DNA from: Savitreella phatthalungensis
Lineage: Eukaryota
Direction: 5' to 3'
Length of the DNA stretch: 64,000 bases
NCBI GenBank assembly: GCA_051599415.1
Contig: AP039701.1
Coordinates: 248,001 to 312,000, forward strand
Every line of letters begins with the position of its first letter. Positions within the stretch are counted from its first letter, which is position 1. Shown here piece by piece: positions 63,499 to 64,000 of this stretch. The notes under the pieces were generated by a model. The model saw nothing but the letters and a program-made list of their open reading frames with translations, made no database searches and was not told the DNA's origin. Made by a program: the position numbers and the translations under genes.

Positions 63499-64000
63499 CT
63501 GAGAGATAGGGTCACAAATTGGTGACCTGATCCATCGCACTGTGCAACAAGTCCATGTCCGGTCAGAAAACGAAGCAAGATCACAGGTATGCGTCAGATC
63601 AACCTCGCTTGCAAGAGTCCTCGAATATAGAGTGTCAAGCGGTCATGAGAAGTTCATCCTGTGTCGGTCGAGACGCAGCACGGACCGATTACATGCGGCT
63701 GACGCTCATGAGCACATTCATCGGGAGGACCATGCTCGAGCATGACATCCTGAGCGATCGAACTCAACCATGATTCATGTAAGCTCGAGTGATGAAGGAA
63801 TTCTGGACACAGGGTGTTGAATTGTGTTGGAAGCAACCTCGTTGACCTTGGTTGGCGTCGAAGTGGGTCGACGGGAGGTGGCGGAGACGATCGGTGGTCA
63901 CAGTTGATTTACATTGAAGATCGGTGGATTACGTGATTGTGATTACCTCGTGCAGGGATCATCGTGTTGATCGATTTGAGTTGATGATACTGTAGACATG

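Overview
Eukaryotic (fungal) genomic DNA, gene-dense and very intron-poor. I count about 29 protein genes, and only two CDS introns are well supported. Several proteins resemble fission-yeast ones (Mug190-type C2 proteins, Alp14/Stu2, Rgf3-type RhoGEF, an Mmi1-like YTH protein). Together with a pectin methylesterase, this suggests a plant-associated Taphrinomycotina (Taphrina/Protomyces-like) fungus; this is inference, not a database match. Housekeeping genes include ARG1, RPC19, RPS18, a Bos1-like SNARE, MDP1, STU2/alp14, PTH1, PAB1, a tandem coronin and two MFS transporters. Two accessory islands interrupt them. (1) 16.8-26.6 kb: a small secreted protein, five highly divergent subtilisin-like S8 proteases and an intron-containing CE8 pectin methylesterase; a sixth subtilase lies at 61.7-63.2 kb. 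(2) 37.5-44.0 kb: three tandem secreted Thr-rich, Cys-motif, KR-site proteins with a CBM-like C-terminal domain, separated by decayed remnants of the neighbouring MDP1 gene. Other notable items are a divergent Mmi1-like YTH domain protein head-to-head with PAB1 and an undescribed EDLxxRRAEYGA repeat in the coronin linker. I saw no rRNA, tRNA, CRISPR or transposase. All family calls come from motif recognition by eye.
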